Below, one piece after another: positions 1 through 9,922 of a DNA stretch of 64,000 bases. The first letter of the stretch is position 1, and each line of letters starts with the position of its first letter. Under the pieces are notes generated by a model. It had not been told where the DNA came from, did not search any database, and worked only from the letters and a program-made list of their open reading frames with translations. A program made the position numbers and the translations under genes. Source of the DNA: an uncultured Solobacterium sp. (GTDB taxonomy: Bacteria > Bacillota_I > Bacilli_A > Erysipelotrichales > Erysipelotrichaceae); assembly GCA_964529805.1 (NCBI GenBank), contig CAZGZT010000007.1, forward strand, positions 556-64,555, in the 5' to 3' direction.

Positions 1-282
1 AAGCTTCAACACTCCAGGTTTCAGTTCAACACCTTTTTCAAACAGTTCTTTCTCTGTTTCCTGTTCCAGTGAGAAACATTCATCAAAAGACAAAGGCAAT
101 CGATATGTATCTATCAGATTCCTTATGTTTTCCTTTTCCGTCTTTCCTGAGTAATTTCGGGCGTATTCCTCCATGCTGAAAGAATGGCTGTATGTTTCGA
201 GGATCGTTTTATAGATCCTATAAGAAATGATCTCCGTATCAACGAGAAGACCGTCGAAATCAAATATGACCGCTTTGATCAT
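1..282 (-). CDS. HAD-superfamily hydrolase (subfamily IA, beta-phosphoglucomutase-like), N-terminal 94 codons only; the gene runs off the left edge
   Basis: Hand translation of the minus strand from ATG at 282: MIKAVIFDFDGLLVDTEIISYRIYKTILETYSHSF... HAD motif I (DxDG) is present. ATGA stop/start overlap with ORF 279..623. Confidence 0.75.
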   Translation of the reverse strand, partial: MIKAVIFDFDGLLVDTEIISYRIYKTILETYSHSFSMEEYARNYSGKTEKENIRNLIDTYRLPLSFDECFSLEQETEKELFEKGVELKPGVLKL

Positions 283-623
283 AAGTCTGTCCTCAATGCA
301 TTGATGATTTGATTCTCATTGATCACTGCTGGCAGTTTTCCATCTTCACTGACTGCGTCAATGATGTTTACGATGTTCTCTCTGCCAACGCCACAGACAA
401 TCCTGCTTCCTGTATTCGCAGATGCGATCAGTGCAGCCAGGAACGGCGCTCCTCCCTCCTCGTCTGTAAGTATATACGAATCTTCCTTGATTGCTTTCTT
501 TAATTTTGCTGCATAGTCATCCAGCGATTCCTCATCAATGAATGCAAATATGTCATGATTCCGGCAGACTTTGGCAGCCTCCTCCGCGTTCTTTTTGTAC
601 ATTGCGATTAAGATGTTTCTCAT
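279..623 (-). CDS. hypothetical protein, possible PTS EIIA-Man/DhaM-like fold lacking the phospho-His
   Basis: 114-aa track ORF. SD AGGAGGA lies about 7 nt upstream (631..637). The segment ILTDEEGGAPFLAAL resembles the D-x-x-GG-x-PF loop of EIIA-Man domains, but no His sits near residue 10. Translationally coupled to the HAD gene. Confidence 0.5.
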   Translation of the reverse strand: MRNILIAMYKKNAEEAAKVCRNHDIFAFIDEESLDDYAAKLKKAIKEDSYILTDEEGGAPFLAALIASANTGSRIVCGVGRENIVNIIDAVSEDGKLPAVINENQIINALRTDL

Positions 624-686
624 CCGTTTGTCCTCCTGATTTTTTTATAAGATGATAGAATATATTTGTAAATACATATTGTTATG

Positions 687-700
687 TTGTATATATACTT
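687..700. promoter_or_regulatory. candidate GntR/HutC-type operator (palindrome GTATATATAC) in the divergent promoter region
   Basis: Perfect 10-bp palindrome at 689..698 between the divergent genes 279..623 and 744..1451. It fits the generic GT-N-TA-N-AC pattern of HutC-family operators. Confidence 0.3.
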
Positions 701-743
701 AGTAATACAAGTATCAGAATAACAATACAATTGGAGACCCGAC

Positions 744-1451
744 ATGAACCAGAAGGCAAAATACTCTATCATTGAGAACGACATCATTGAAAAGATCACG
801 CAAAATGTCTATCGACCTGATATGCAGCTTCCTACGGAAGAGGAATTGAGAAAACAGTATGGCTGTTCAAGAGTGACGGTAAGAAGAGCACTATCCGATC
901 TTCAGTACATGGGGTATATCTATTCCAGGCAGGGAAGCGGAAGTTTTATTTCTTCGAAGCAGAAACTCCAGTCTCCCGGCAAGGTTTCTTCTCTATACGA
1001 GTACTTTCTTGACAGAGAAATCCAAACGAAAAACGATGTTATCAGATTCGAAATCAGAAAAGCGGACAGGATCATATCTGAACGATTAGGAATAGATCAG
1101 GGAAACAAAGTATACTATCTCGAAAGACTACGTTACGCTGATCTTCATCCAATCATACTGGAAACGAAATACATGTCTGTTGAGATGCATCCCTATCTTT
1201 CCTATGAATCTCTGACCGGAAGCATTTTTACGGAAGCCGAAAAACACGGCTTGTTCATCAAGAATGAAAGATGCAGCGTGATCCCTGTTTTCCCGGATCA
1301 GCAGACAGCAGACCTGCTTCAGATATCGGATAAAAAACCAATGCTGAAAGTGATCGTAACAGCAATCGCAAAAGATGAAAGGATCTTCTCTTACGGAGAA
1401 GAATACTATAATCCGGATCATTATCAATTCAATTTTGTTTTTGAAAAATAA
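744..1451 (+). CDS. GntR-family transcriptional regulator, HutC subfamily (wHTH plus UTRA effector domain)
   Basis: The N-terminus ...LPTEEELRKQYGCSRVTVRRALSDLQYMGYIYSRQGSGSFI is a typical GntR wHTH. Length 235 aa with a UTRA-like C-terminal half. Confidence 0.9.
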   Translation: MNQKAKYSIIENDIIEKITQNVYRPDMQLPTEEELRKQYGCSRVTVRRALSDLQYMGYIYSRQGSGSFISSKQKLQSPGKVSSLYEYFLDREIQTKNDVIRFEIRKADRIISERLGIDQGNKVYYLERLRYADLHPIILETKYMSVEMHPYLSYESLTGSIFTEAEKHGLFIKNERCSVIPVFPDQQTADLLQISDKKPMLKVIVTAIAKDERIFSYGEEYYNPDHYQFNFVFEK

Positions 1452-1453
1452 AA

Positions 1454-1570
1454 GAACCTATTTACTTGAAATAGATTCTTGAAAAATGCTCTGGTGCCTT
1501 AGGGGGGATTAAAACTAACTTTTGCCCCATTCAGCCTGTTTTACACGATTCAAAAAGAAGAATCGCTTGT
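1454..1570 (-). repeat. copy A of an about 100-bp intergenic repeat (terminator-like hairpin plus conserved 45-nt core)
   Basis: GAACCTATTT-ACTTG-AAATAGATTC hairpin followed by TTGAAAAATGCTCTGGTGCCTTAGGGGGGATTAAAACTAACTTTT, identical to 6850..6894. Weaker similarity continues to about 1570. Confidence 0.85.
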
Positions 1571-1719
1571 TCAACCTCATAATAACATAAATGTCTGTAT
1601 TTGCAATATCTTCCGGATACTCTTTTCATATCTGGGAAAGCGTTCGTAAATGTCCCTGCGAACTTTTTTCGAGTCCCCTCTAAGGTCCTTACAAGTAAAG
1701 ATCGAACCTGTGTCCTATA

Positions 1720-2403
1720 TCACTTATTTCCGAATTCTTTCTTCTTAATTGGTTTTATGAAATCCTTCCTTAAAGTTCTCTGATTGTGGAAAATAAGGAG
1801 ATTTGATTTCGACAGCATATTCTCTTTGATCTTTTCTTCCAACATCCTGAGCGTGCACAGCATGTCAGCAACCTGGAATAGTTTATAATCCAACGGGAAT
1901 GCTTTCCTGGCATCGTATCCGGATAATTCAGTCGCCAGTACGGTATTCAGGATGCTGTTAAGCTGGTGCTGACCATTATCGTAATACAGGATGACACTAT
2001 CGAATGACTGAAAGAAATCAAGGTTGTTTCTGATGAATGAGGAAAGATCTCTTGCCATTCTTCCCTGGAGTTTGAATAAATCATCATATTCGCTTTTGTA
2101 ATAAAGGAAGGTCTTATAGGATATGCTGCAGCTCATCGCAAAATAGAACAGCTTTGTAAACAAGGTTCTTCTTTCGTTGGGAGACAGATTCCTGTAATCC
2201 TCTTCCCTTCTGATCAGAGGCTCGGTATGCACGACATGGCCATGAAAACCCAGCTGATCAAGCTCCCTGTTGAAACGGTCTATCTGATCTGAAATATCAA
2301 ATGTCTGGTCATGCAGAACCATTGACACGATATAATACGGTGAATGAGTCTCGTATTCGCCGAAATCTCCGCTCTCGTCTACAAAAACACTTAAAACCTT
2401 CAT
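1720..2403 (-). CDS. DUF3800 domain-containing protein
   Basis: N-terminus MKVLSVFVDESGDFGEY... carries the (V/I)(F/Y)(V/I)DESG signature of DUF3800. I prefer ATG at 2403 (SD GAAGGGA 6 nt upstream) over the TTG at 2418 used by the ORF track. Confidence 0.75.
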   Translation of the reverse strand: MKVLSVFVDESGDFGEYETHSPYYIVSMVLHDQTFDISDQIDRFNRELDQLGFHGHVVHTEPLIRREEDYRNLSPNERRTLFTKLFYFAMSCSISYKTFLYYKSEYDDLFKLQGRMARDLSSFIRNNLDFFQSFDSVILYYDNGQHQLNSILNTVLATELSGYDARKAFPLDYKLFQVADMLCTLRMLEEKIKENMLSKSNLLIFHNQRTLRKDFIKPIKKKEFGNK

Positions 2404-2415
2404 TATAAATCCCTT

Positions 2416-2443
2416 CAAAAAGAATAGCGGGAAGTCTTCCCGC
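2416..2443 (-). terminator. rho-independent terminator ending the RR-HK-GT2-small membrane operon
   Basis: Minus strand reads GCGGGAAG-A-CTTCCCGC followed by TATTCTTTTTG. Confidence 0.7.
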
Positions 2444-2545
2444 CGATTAGGTTGGACCCGGGTCTTGCGACCAGCCCACTTGTACCATTATATTAACAAA
2501 GTTTCCTGAAATTATCAATCAGACATATCTATCTCTTTTCGGTCA

Positions 2546-2776
2546 TTATATATTCTGGAAGATCTTTCTTTTCATCCATAACGCTATAGCTACCGTCAAT
2601 ACTTTTTCCGGTGTAAAAGGGAGCCATATGATTGTCAGATAGAAAGCTGAAATTGAAATCAGAAGATTTGACTTAAAGTACATCCCTATTCCCATAAACA
2701 GATATGCCCATCCATTTGTTATCATCCACGCCAGAACAAAGCATAGAATAAATTGTTTACTAAAGACTGTTTTCAT
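2546..2776 (-). CDS. small hydrophobic membrane protein (76 aa), putative partner of the upstream glycosyltransferase
   Basis: Track ORF with 2-3 predicted TM segments. Its start overlaps the GT2 stop by 17 nt. Confidence 0.6.
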   Translation of the reverse strand: MKTVFSKQFILCFVLAWMITNGWAYLFMGIGMYFKSNLLISISAFYLTIIWLPFTPEKVLTVAIALWMKRKIFQNI

Positions 2777-3986
2777 GAGTAATTGTCACTGTATGCCTGA
2801 TCGGTTTCCAGCTTACATCGGCAAACAAGGCACAGACTGCTATAGGGATGTAGGATGCCATAAACAAAGGAAAAGTAAACGTATATCTGATTTTGTTGAG
2901 CAACCTGGTATTGATCCGTTTCCATTCGGTAATGGTCGTCAGCAGACCGATAAGATACATACACAGATACGCCTTCAGTAATCCTTCCAGCAGATTAGAC
3001 AGGAATGGGATCATATCGCTTTTGGTAACAATCAGATAGGAAGACATCAAGATATCAAATATCAAAGATACGACCGAAAGACCGTAAGCAGACAGGATCG
3101 TGCTCAGCATGTCAAAGCAGGAAAAGGATCCTTCACAAATGCCTTTGACCAATCTTGTACTGTACTTCCAGATGACTTCAAGGTAGCCTTTAGACCATCT
3201 CAGTCTTTGATAGACGGATTGAACGAACGATGTCGGCTGTTCATCATATACGATCGCTTTATCACAATACGCGATCGTGTGATGTCTGCAGACCTGATCA
3301 ACCGTGAATTCAATGTCTTCAGTCAGCGTATGATATGGCCATTCTTTTGCTGTTTCTTTATCAAACAGGAATCCCGTTCCGTTTATGGCGCTGCTTAAGC
3401 CGAGCAGATGCCTGGCGTTGTTCAGGAAACGGTTCTTTCTTAACAGATACAGGGAATATCCTGCGGATATCCAGTTGGATCCGTAGTTCTTGCTGTTTAT
3501 ATATCCGGCAATAATCTTGTTGCCTTGACAGTAGGAAATATTCATCTGCTCAAGATAATCATCCTTCAGGATGTTGTCAGCATCGAAAACCAGAAAGGCG
3601 TCGAAAACATCACCATAATCCTTCTCAATATTTCGTAATAAGCTTTCCAGGGCATATCCCTTTCCTACATACTCATCATCGTTCCTTGTGTAGACTACAG
3701 CACCGCATCCTTTGGCTATTTCAGCCGTTGAATCGATACAGTTGTCTGCCATCACAAATGTCCGATAATGCTTTTCCGGATAAGTCTGACGGTCTATGCT
3801 TTCGAGCAGATTTCCAATCACTGTTTCTTCATTTCTGGCACAGATCAGAACCGCAAAATCGTGATATTTCAGCTCATAATCCTTCTCCTTCTCTTTTCCG
3901 AATAGTGAAATGAGAATGTATAATCCCTGATAAGAAAACAGCAGCAGGAACAGCACTTTCATCATGCAATCAAAAATACCAAGCAT
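2760..3986 (-). CDS. processive family-2 glycosyltransferase (IcaA/NodC/HasA-class membrane-embedded synthase)
   Basis: Motifs VLICARNEE...DNCIDST, FDADN (DxD) and QRLRWSKG (QxxRW). One N-terminal TM and several C-terminal TMs. SD AAGGAGGA upstream. Confidence 0.85.
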   Translation of the reverse strand: MLGIFDCMMKVLFLLLFSYQGLYILISLFGKEKEKDYELKYHDFAVLICARNEETVIGNLLESIDRQTYPEKHYRTFVMADNCIDSTAEIAKGCGAVVYTRNDDEYVGKGYALESLLRNIEKDYGDVFDAFLVFDADNILKDDYLEQMNISYCQGNKIIAGYINSKNYGSNWISAGYSLYLLRKNRFLNNARHLLGLSSAINGTGFLFDKETAKEWPYHTLTEDIEFTVDQVCRHHTIAYCDKAIVYDEQPTSFVQSVYQRLRWSKGYLEVIWKYSTRLVKGICEGSFSCFDMLSTILSAYGLSVVSLIFDILMSSYLIVTKSDMIPFLSNLLEGLLKAYLCMYLIGLLTTITEWKRINTRLLNKIRYTFTFPLFMASYIPIAVCALFADVSWKPIRHTVTITHENSL

Positions 3987-4070
3987 ACATTCGATCCTCC
4001 TTACGGATAAATGGTACTTGGTATTCTGTTTAAGATAATAGCAGCAAACCGATTAAGATTTTATGAACTT

Positions 4071-5996
4071 TCAGATAAGTGGGAATGTCAGTATCGCCTT
4101 GAACAGATCACCGTCGATAGATACCTTCAGTTCACCATTCTGCAATTCTGCCATGCTCTTGGCAATGGACAGGCCCAGGCCGTTTCCTTCGGTATTTCTT
4201 GACTGATCTCCTCTGACAAATCTTTCCATCAGTTCTTCTTCAGAGATGTTCAGCTGTTCTCTGGAAGTATTCTTGAATGTGAATACCGCCTTGTCATCAT
4301 CTTTCTCCAGTGTCAGGTATACTCTGGTATTCTTCTGGGCATACTTGAAGATGTTGTTCATCAGATTGTCGAAGATGCGCCACATCCTTCTGCCGTCAGC
4401 CATGATGGTCAGCTGCTCATCTGGCACTTGCGTGACAAGCGTCAGCTCCGCGTCTTTGAACTTGTCCTGGTACTCTCCGACAGCCTGATTTACGAAGGTT
4501 GCCGAATCGCATGGAGCGAGGCTGACTTCCAGATTCCCTGTCGATGCTTTGGATGCTTCGACCAAATCGTCTATCAATCTCTTAAGTCTTTCCGACTGTC
4601 TCAGAAGTACCTCAGTATACTCTTTTATTTTCTTGCTGGATGTCTTCTCTTTTCCAATCAGATCAGCATAGTTGATGATAGAAGTCAACGGTGTCTTGAT
4701 GTCGTGGGAAACATTGGTTATCAGTTCTGTCTTCATTCGTTCGCTCTTCATCTGCTCATTGACCGCAATCGCCATGCCCTTGCCGATGCTGTTGAGATTT
4801 TCGCCATGCTTTTTTATATCCCAGAACATCCTTCTGGTATCCACATGATAGGACAGATCCCCGCCAGCCAGAGACATTCCGCCCTTAAGCAGCTTTTTCA
4901 TGCATATCGCTATATAGATGATCAATGGAATCAGCACAAGATTCTTCATGAACCAGAAAGCCACATAGAAATCGCTGTATGATTCCACCAGGATGAGCAA
5001 TTCAATCAACGTCAAAGCAGATACAACAAGCACCGTTTTCCAGACCAGCGGTATCTCTCCAAGAATGGAAACGACACTCCTGATCATCCCTTTTGTCGTC
5101 CTGACAACAAACTGCACAAGTTTTACGCAGTTTTTGAGTATCAGATAGGTTAAGCTGCCTTTGATAAGGCTGTGTTGCTTGATCCTGACGGCCAGAGACA
5201 TGCACAGTCCAAGGAACAGACTCAGGGCAACAAATGAACCGATAGCCAGATAAGCGACCGTAAACAGATCGGAACTGCTATGGTTTATAGATTCAACAGA
5301 CACTATGAACAAAACAAGCAGAGACAAGAAGATGCCTGCAATGATATCGAAAGGTATTGTATTCAACGGGCCCGGATAGAGACCATCGTCTTCATTTCTT
5401 CTTCCTGCTACGGACATCAAGGCAACAAAAGAAGCTATCGCCATGATAAGTGCCGCTAATCCGATGAAATAGATACCGTATCTCAAAGAATAGGATCTAT
5501 CGATGACGGAATCAACGAAAGAATAGAAATTAACAGCGGACTCTGTCTTTTTGATGTTTACGTTCGCTCTGTAGTATTCGACATTCTCGTCTGCCTGCGT
5601 TCCACTGTAAAAGATCTCGCTAATATTTCCTTCACCGTCTTTTACTACTCCGTAGTCAAAAGAATAATCCCAGACATCAACAGATCCGGCATCACCTGTT
5701 TCACCGACAACAGAACCATCGGCATTAAGAATCTGATAAACAAGCTGCTTGTCTTCGCCAAGTTCGACTTTTTTGTCCTTGTAGTTTCCGATCGTAAACC
5801 AGACGTCGTCATAGATGTCGTTCCGCATCCTGTCATAAACCACACTTTCATATACGGTTTCTTTATCTTGCGTATAGAAATCAAGCTCAACCATCAGCTC
5901 AGCTGAAACGATCGATATGAGCAGAATACAGACAGAAAGAACACATACAATGAATAATGATGTTTTTCCGCCGATGCTTCTTAGATATCTCTTCAT
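4071..5996 (-). CDS. sensor histidine kinase with a large extracytoplasmic N-terminal domain and multiple TMs
   Basis: H-box NVSHDIKTPLTSI, N-box NLMNNIFKY, G-box GNGLGLSIAK. 4-nt overlap with the response-regulator gene. Confidence 0.9.
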   Translation of the reverse strand: MKRYLRSIGGKTSLFIVCVLSVCILLISIVSAELMVELDFYTQDKETVYESVVYDRMRNDIYDDVWFTIGNYKDKKVELGEDKQLVYQILNADGSVVGETGDAGSVDVWDYSFDYGVVKDGEGNISEIFYSGTQADENVEYYRANVNIKKTESAVNFYSFVDSVIDRSYSLRYGIYFIGLAALIMAIASFVALMSVAGRRNEDDGLYPGPLNTIPFDIIAGIFLSLLVLFIVSVESINHSSSDLFTVAYLAIGSFVALSLFLGLCMSLAVRIKQHSLIKGSLTYLILKNCVKLVQFVVRTTKGMIRSVVSILGEIPLVWKTVLVVSALTLIELLILVESYSDFYVAFWFMKNLVLIPLIIYIAICMKKLLKGGMSLAGGDLSYHVDTRRMFWDIKKHGENLNSIGKGMAIAVNEQMKSERMKTELITNVSHDIKTPLTSIINYADLIGKEKTSSKKIKEYTEVLLRQSERLKRLIDDLVEASKASTGNLEVSLAPCDSATFVNQAVGEYQDKFKDAELTLVTQVPDEQLTIMADGRRMWRIFDNLMNNIFKYAQKNTRVYLTLEKDDDKAVFTFKNTSREQLNISEEELMERFVRGDQSRNTEGNGLGLSIAKSMAELQNGELKVSIDGDLFKAILTFPLI

Positions 5997-6691
5997 ACTT
6001 TTCTACCTTCTTCCATAATGTAACCCTGGCCAAAAACCACTTTGATATATCGCGGTTCCGCAGGATTGATTTCAATCTTCTCACGCAGATGTCTTACGTG
6101 AACAGCAACAATGTTTTCGGCACCGAACGGGTCTTCTTTCCATACCTGTCTGTAAATCTCTTTTGGTGAAAACACTTTATTTGGGTTTGCCATGAGAAAC
6201 TTTAATATCTCAAATTCTTTCGGAGTGAAAGATACGATCTCCCCATCAACTTTGACTTCTTTCTTGCGATCATCAAGTTCAATACCGCCTATCTCATAGG
6301 TTTCTTCTTTCACCATACCGCTGCCGAGTTTAAGGAATCTTCTTAACTGCGAGTTGACCCTTGCAGTAACCTCCAGAGGATTGAAAGGTTTTGTGATATA
6401 GTCATCAGCCCCCACATTCAAGCCAAGGATCTTGTCAGAGTCCTCACTCTTTGCTGTCAGCAGGATGACCGGCATATTATACTTTTCTCTGATTTGAGCC
6501 AGCGTCTCTATCCCATCCATTACCGGCATCATGATATCCAGCAGAACAAGATCGATCTCTTCTTTTTCAAGGATTCCTAAAGCTTCTTCTCCGTTAAATG
6601 CTTCATAGATCATATAATCCGGATTGTTGAGATATATCTTCAGTGCATTTACAATATCTTTTTCATCATCACAAACTAGAATACTAATCAT
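5993..6691 (-). CDS. OmpR-family response regulator
   Basis: Receiver motifs (DDEKD, VLLDIMMP, ITKPF) plus a winged-helix C-terminus (...RHLREKIE...IKVVFGQGY). Confidence 0.92.
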   Translation of the reverse strand: MISILVCDDEKDIVNALKIYLNNPDYMIYEAFNGEEALGILEKEEIDLVLLDIMMPVMDGIETLAQIREKYNMPVILLTAKSEDSDKILGLNVGADDYITKPFNPLEVTARVNSQLRRFLKLGSGMVKEETYEIGGIELDDRKKEVKVDGEIVSFTPKEFEILKFLMANPNKVFSPKEIYRQVWKEDPFGAENIVAVHVRHLREKIEINPAEPRYIKVVFGQGYIMEEGRKV

Positions 6692-6783
6692 AAAGTAATC
6701 TCCCAGAATTAATTGTACTTGAATCGTTGTTAAGATAAAGCATTCTTGTAATTAAGATTTAATTAAGAAAACAACAGCTGCAT

Positions 6784-6806
6784 AATTGTAGCAACTTGCT
6801 ACAATT
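6784..6806. promoter_or_regulatory. perfect 11-bp inverted repeat AATTGTAGCAA-c-TTGCTACAATT upstream of the two-component operon (candidate operator)
   Basis: Read directly from the sequence. It lies 93-115 nt upstream of the RR start, has a 1-nt spacer and has no flanking T-run, so it is not a terminator. Confidence 0.4.
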
Positions 6807-6824
6807 CTCCCTTAAAAAGAAAAA

Positions 6825-6926
6825 GAATCTATTCACTTGAAATAGATCCTTGAAAAATGCTCTGGTGCCTTAGGGGGGATTAAAACTAACTTTTCCCTGT
6901 TTTATACGAACTAAAAGAATTTGCTT
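6825..6926 (-). repeat. copy B of the about 100-bp intergenic repeat
   Basis: GAATCTATTC-ACTTG-AAATAGATCC hairpin plus a 45-nt core identical to copy A. The tail CCCTGTTTTATACGA..AAAAGAA..GCTT aligns with copy A apart from an 8-nt indel. Confidence 0.85.
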
Positions 6927-7020
6927 CTTTTATACTTTCATCTTACCATGAATTTCTTTGAATTCAATATTCAGAATTATAAGTAATAGGCTATAAGAAT
7001 GTACCCTTAGGTGCTTTACT

Positions 7021-7066
7021 AAAAAAGTTCGAGTTATGACCCCTTTGGGAAAACTCGAACTTTTTA
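7021..7066 (-). terminator. rho-independent (bidirectional-looking) terminator after the MFS gene
   Basis: AAAAA-AGTTCGAGTT-N16-AACTCGAACT-TTTTT: a 10-bp stem flanked by an A-run and a T-run. Confidence 0.7.
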
Positions 7067-7128
7067 AAATCGTCTCCTCATCAAAAAATATGGCTCTACG
7101 ATAATGTAGTTTGACAACCAGAACATTT

Positions 7129-8343
7129 CTATGTATTTTTAAGAAAATCATTCTCAATTGTATTTAATTTTTCTCTATAAACCAACGTTGCCACAAAAGC
7201 AAACATCACAGGTATTGTCATTACGATCCACATCATGGGAACATATCCGAATATGTTCGCAACTACGCCACATACTGCAGGTCCAAATAATGTTGCTGAA
7301 TCCAAAGCAATGTAGTTAGTAGACGAAGCAGATCCCCTTTTACTGACTGGCACAGATTTCATACAGATAGATTGCAGAGCGGGCTGAATAGCGCCATATC
7401 CGAAAGAGTTGATCAGTGCAACAGCAAGCAAGTGCCACAATTTCGTAGAATAGCCGATCAGTACCAGTGATACGGCTGTAAGAAGGCAAGCAGGCAACGC
7501 CACTCTTACAAAGCCATATTTGTCGTTCAGTTTTCCAACCAAAGGCTTTGTTGCCATCAGGGCTATAGCATTAACCGTAAAATAGTAACTTGCACCTGAT
7601 ATTCCCTTTTCCTCAGCATAAACAAGAAAGAATGCGTTGATTGAAGTAAAACCAAAGGAGATGAGAAACATGATCAGTGCTGGTATCAAAGCCTCCTTAG
7701 CTACCATGTTGTTAAGGTCAAAAACCAGTTTACCGGTTCCGGTATCAGGTACTTTGGCTGTAATAGCTATCAGGATTATTGATGCCAATACAATCACCGC
7801 TGTAATAAGATATGTGTTATTGTATCCAAATACATCCTTCAAATATACACCAACTGTCGGACCAAATGCCTGAGCAACAGTCTGAGCTAGTGCAAACACT
7901 CCGATTCCTGAAGAAAAAGACTCCTTCGGTATGCAGTCTGAAACAATCGTCAACAAACATGCGTTCCCAAAAGCACTCCCTACACCTTGGAGCAGCCTGA
8001 AAAACATTAACACAAAGATAATATTGATTCCGGTGAATTTGGAGATAAAAGTCGATATCCCGAATCCGGAATAAGCCACTCCAAAAAGGATCATAGCAAT
8101 CTGCAAGATCAGCTTACGATTATAGGCATTCATTGCAGGACCAGCAACAAAACGGAAAACTAGAGCCGTCATTGCAAACATGCTCATCAGGGTGCCGATC
8201 TGGTCAGCAGGAGCTCCAACACTTTTTGCATAAAGAGAAAGGAGAGCTTCACTCATCTTGGTGCTGAGATTTAACAAAATCCCGATAATAAACATGCTGG
8301 TAAACATCGGATTCCATAATCTATAATTCTCTGTTTTTTTCAT
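7129..8343 (-). CDS. MFS transporter
   Basis: 404 aa, about 12 TMs, typical MFS hydrophobic profile. Confidence 0.8.
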   Translation of the reverse strand: MKKTENYRLWNPMFTSMFIIGILLNLSTKMSEALLSLYAKSVGAPADQIGTLMSMFAMTALVFRFVAGPAMNAYNRKLILQIAMILFGVAYSGFGISTFISKFTGINIIFVLMFFRLLQGVGSAFGNACLLTIVSDCIPKESFSSGIGVFALAQTVAQAFGPTVGVYLKDVFGYNNTYLITAVIVLASIILIAITAKVPDTGTGKLVFDLNNMVAKEALIPALIMFLISFGFTSINAFFLVYAEEKGISGASYYFTVNAIALMATKPLVGKLNDKYGFVRVALPACLLTAVSLVLIGYSTKLWHLLAVALINSFGYGAIQPALQSICMKSVPVSKRGSASSTNYIALDSATLFGPAVCGVVANIFGYVPMMWIVMTIPVMFAFVATLVYREKLNTIENDFLKNT

Positions 8344-8423
8344 TCTCTTTCATATGGCTCGTTTTTTTATTCGCCATTTCTCCTTTCTTTCTTCAGATAA
8401 ACGGTATTTGGTTCTTGTGTTTT

Positions 8424-9899
<1,476 letters not shown>

Positions 9900-9922
9900 T
9901 TAATCTTTGCGATTATTATTTA

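Noticed and set aside
1490-1520. GGCACCA / TAATCCCCCC on the minus strand of the repeat core, which looks like a tRNA 3' end (a possible att-site remnant)
   Set aside because: There is no complementary T-stem or acceptor 5' strand, and it does not match the ssrA 3' end (…TCCCTCCAACTCCACCA). The resemblance is too short to support a tRNA-fragment call.
2444-2498. GC-rich segment with a GGTC-GCAA-GACC (GNRA-type) hairpin in the 3' UTR of the GT2 operon
   Set aside because: It is a single short hairpin upstream of the real terminator. It has no recognisable motif family and no second copy in the window.
6930-7157. 75-aa minus-strand ORF downstream of the MFS gene
   Set aside because: It overlaps the MFS 3' end and contains the MFS terminator hairpin. 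The sequence is implausible for a protein.
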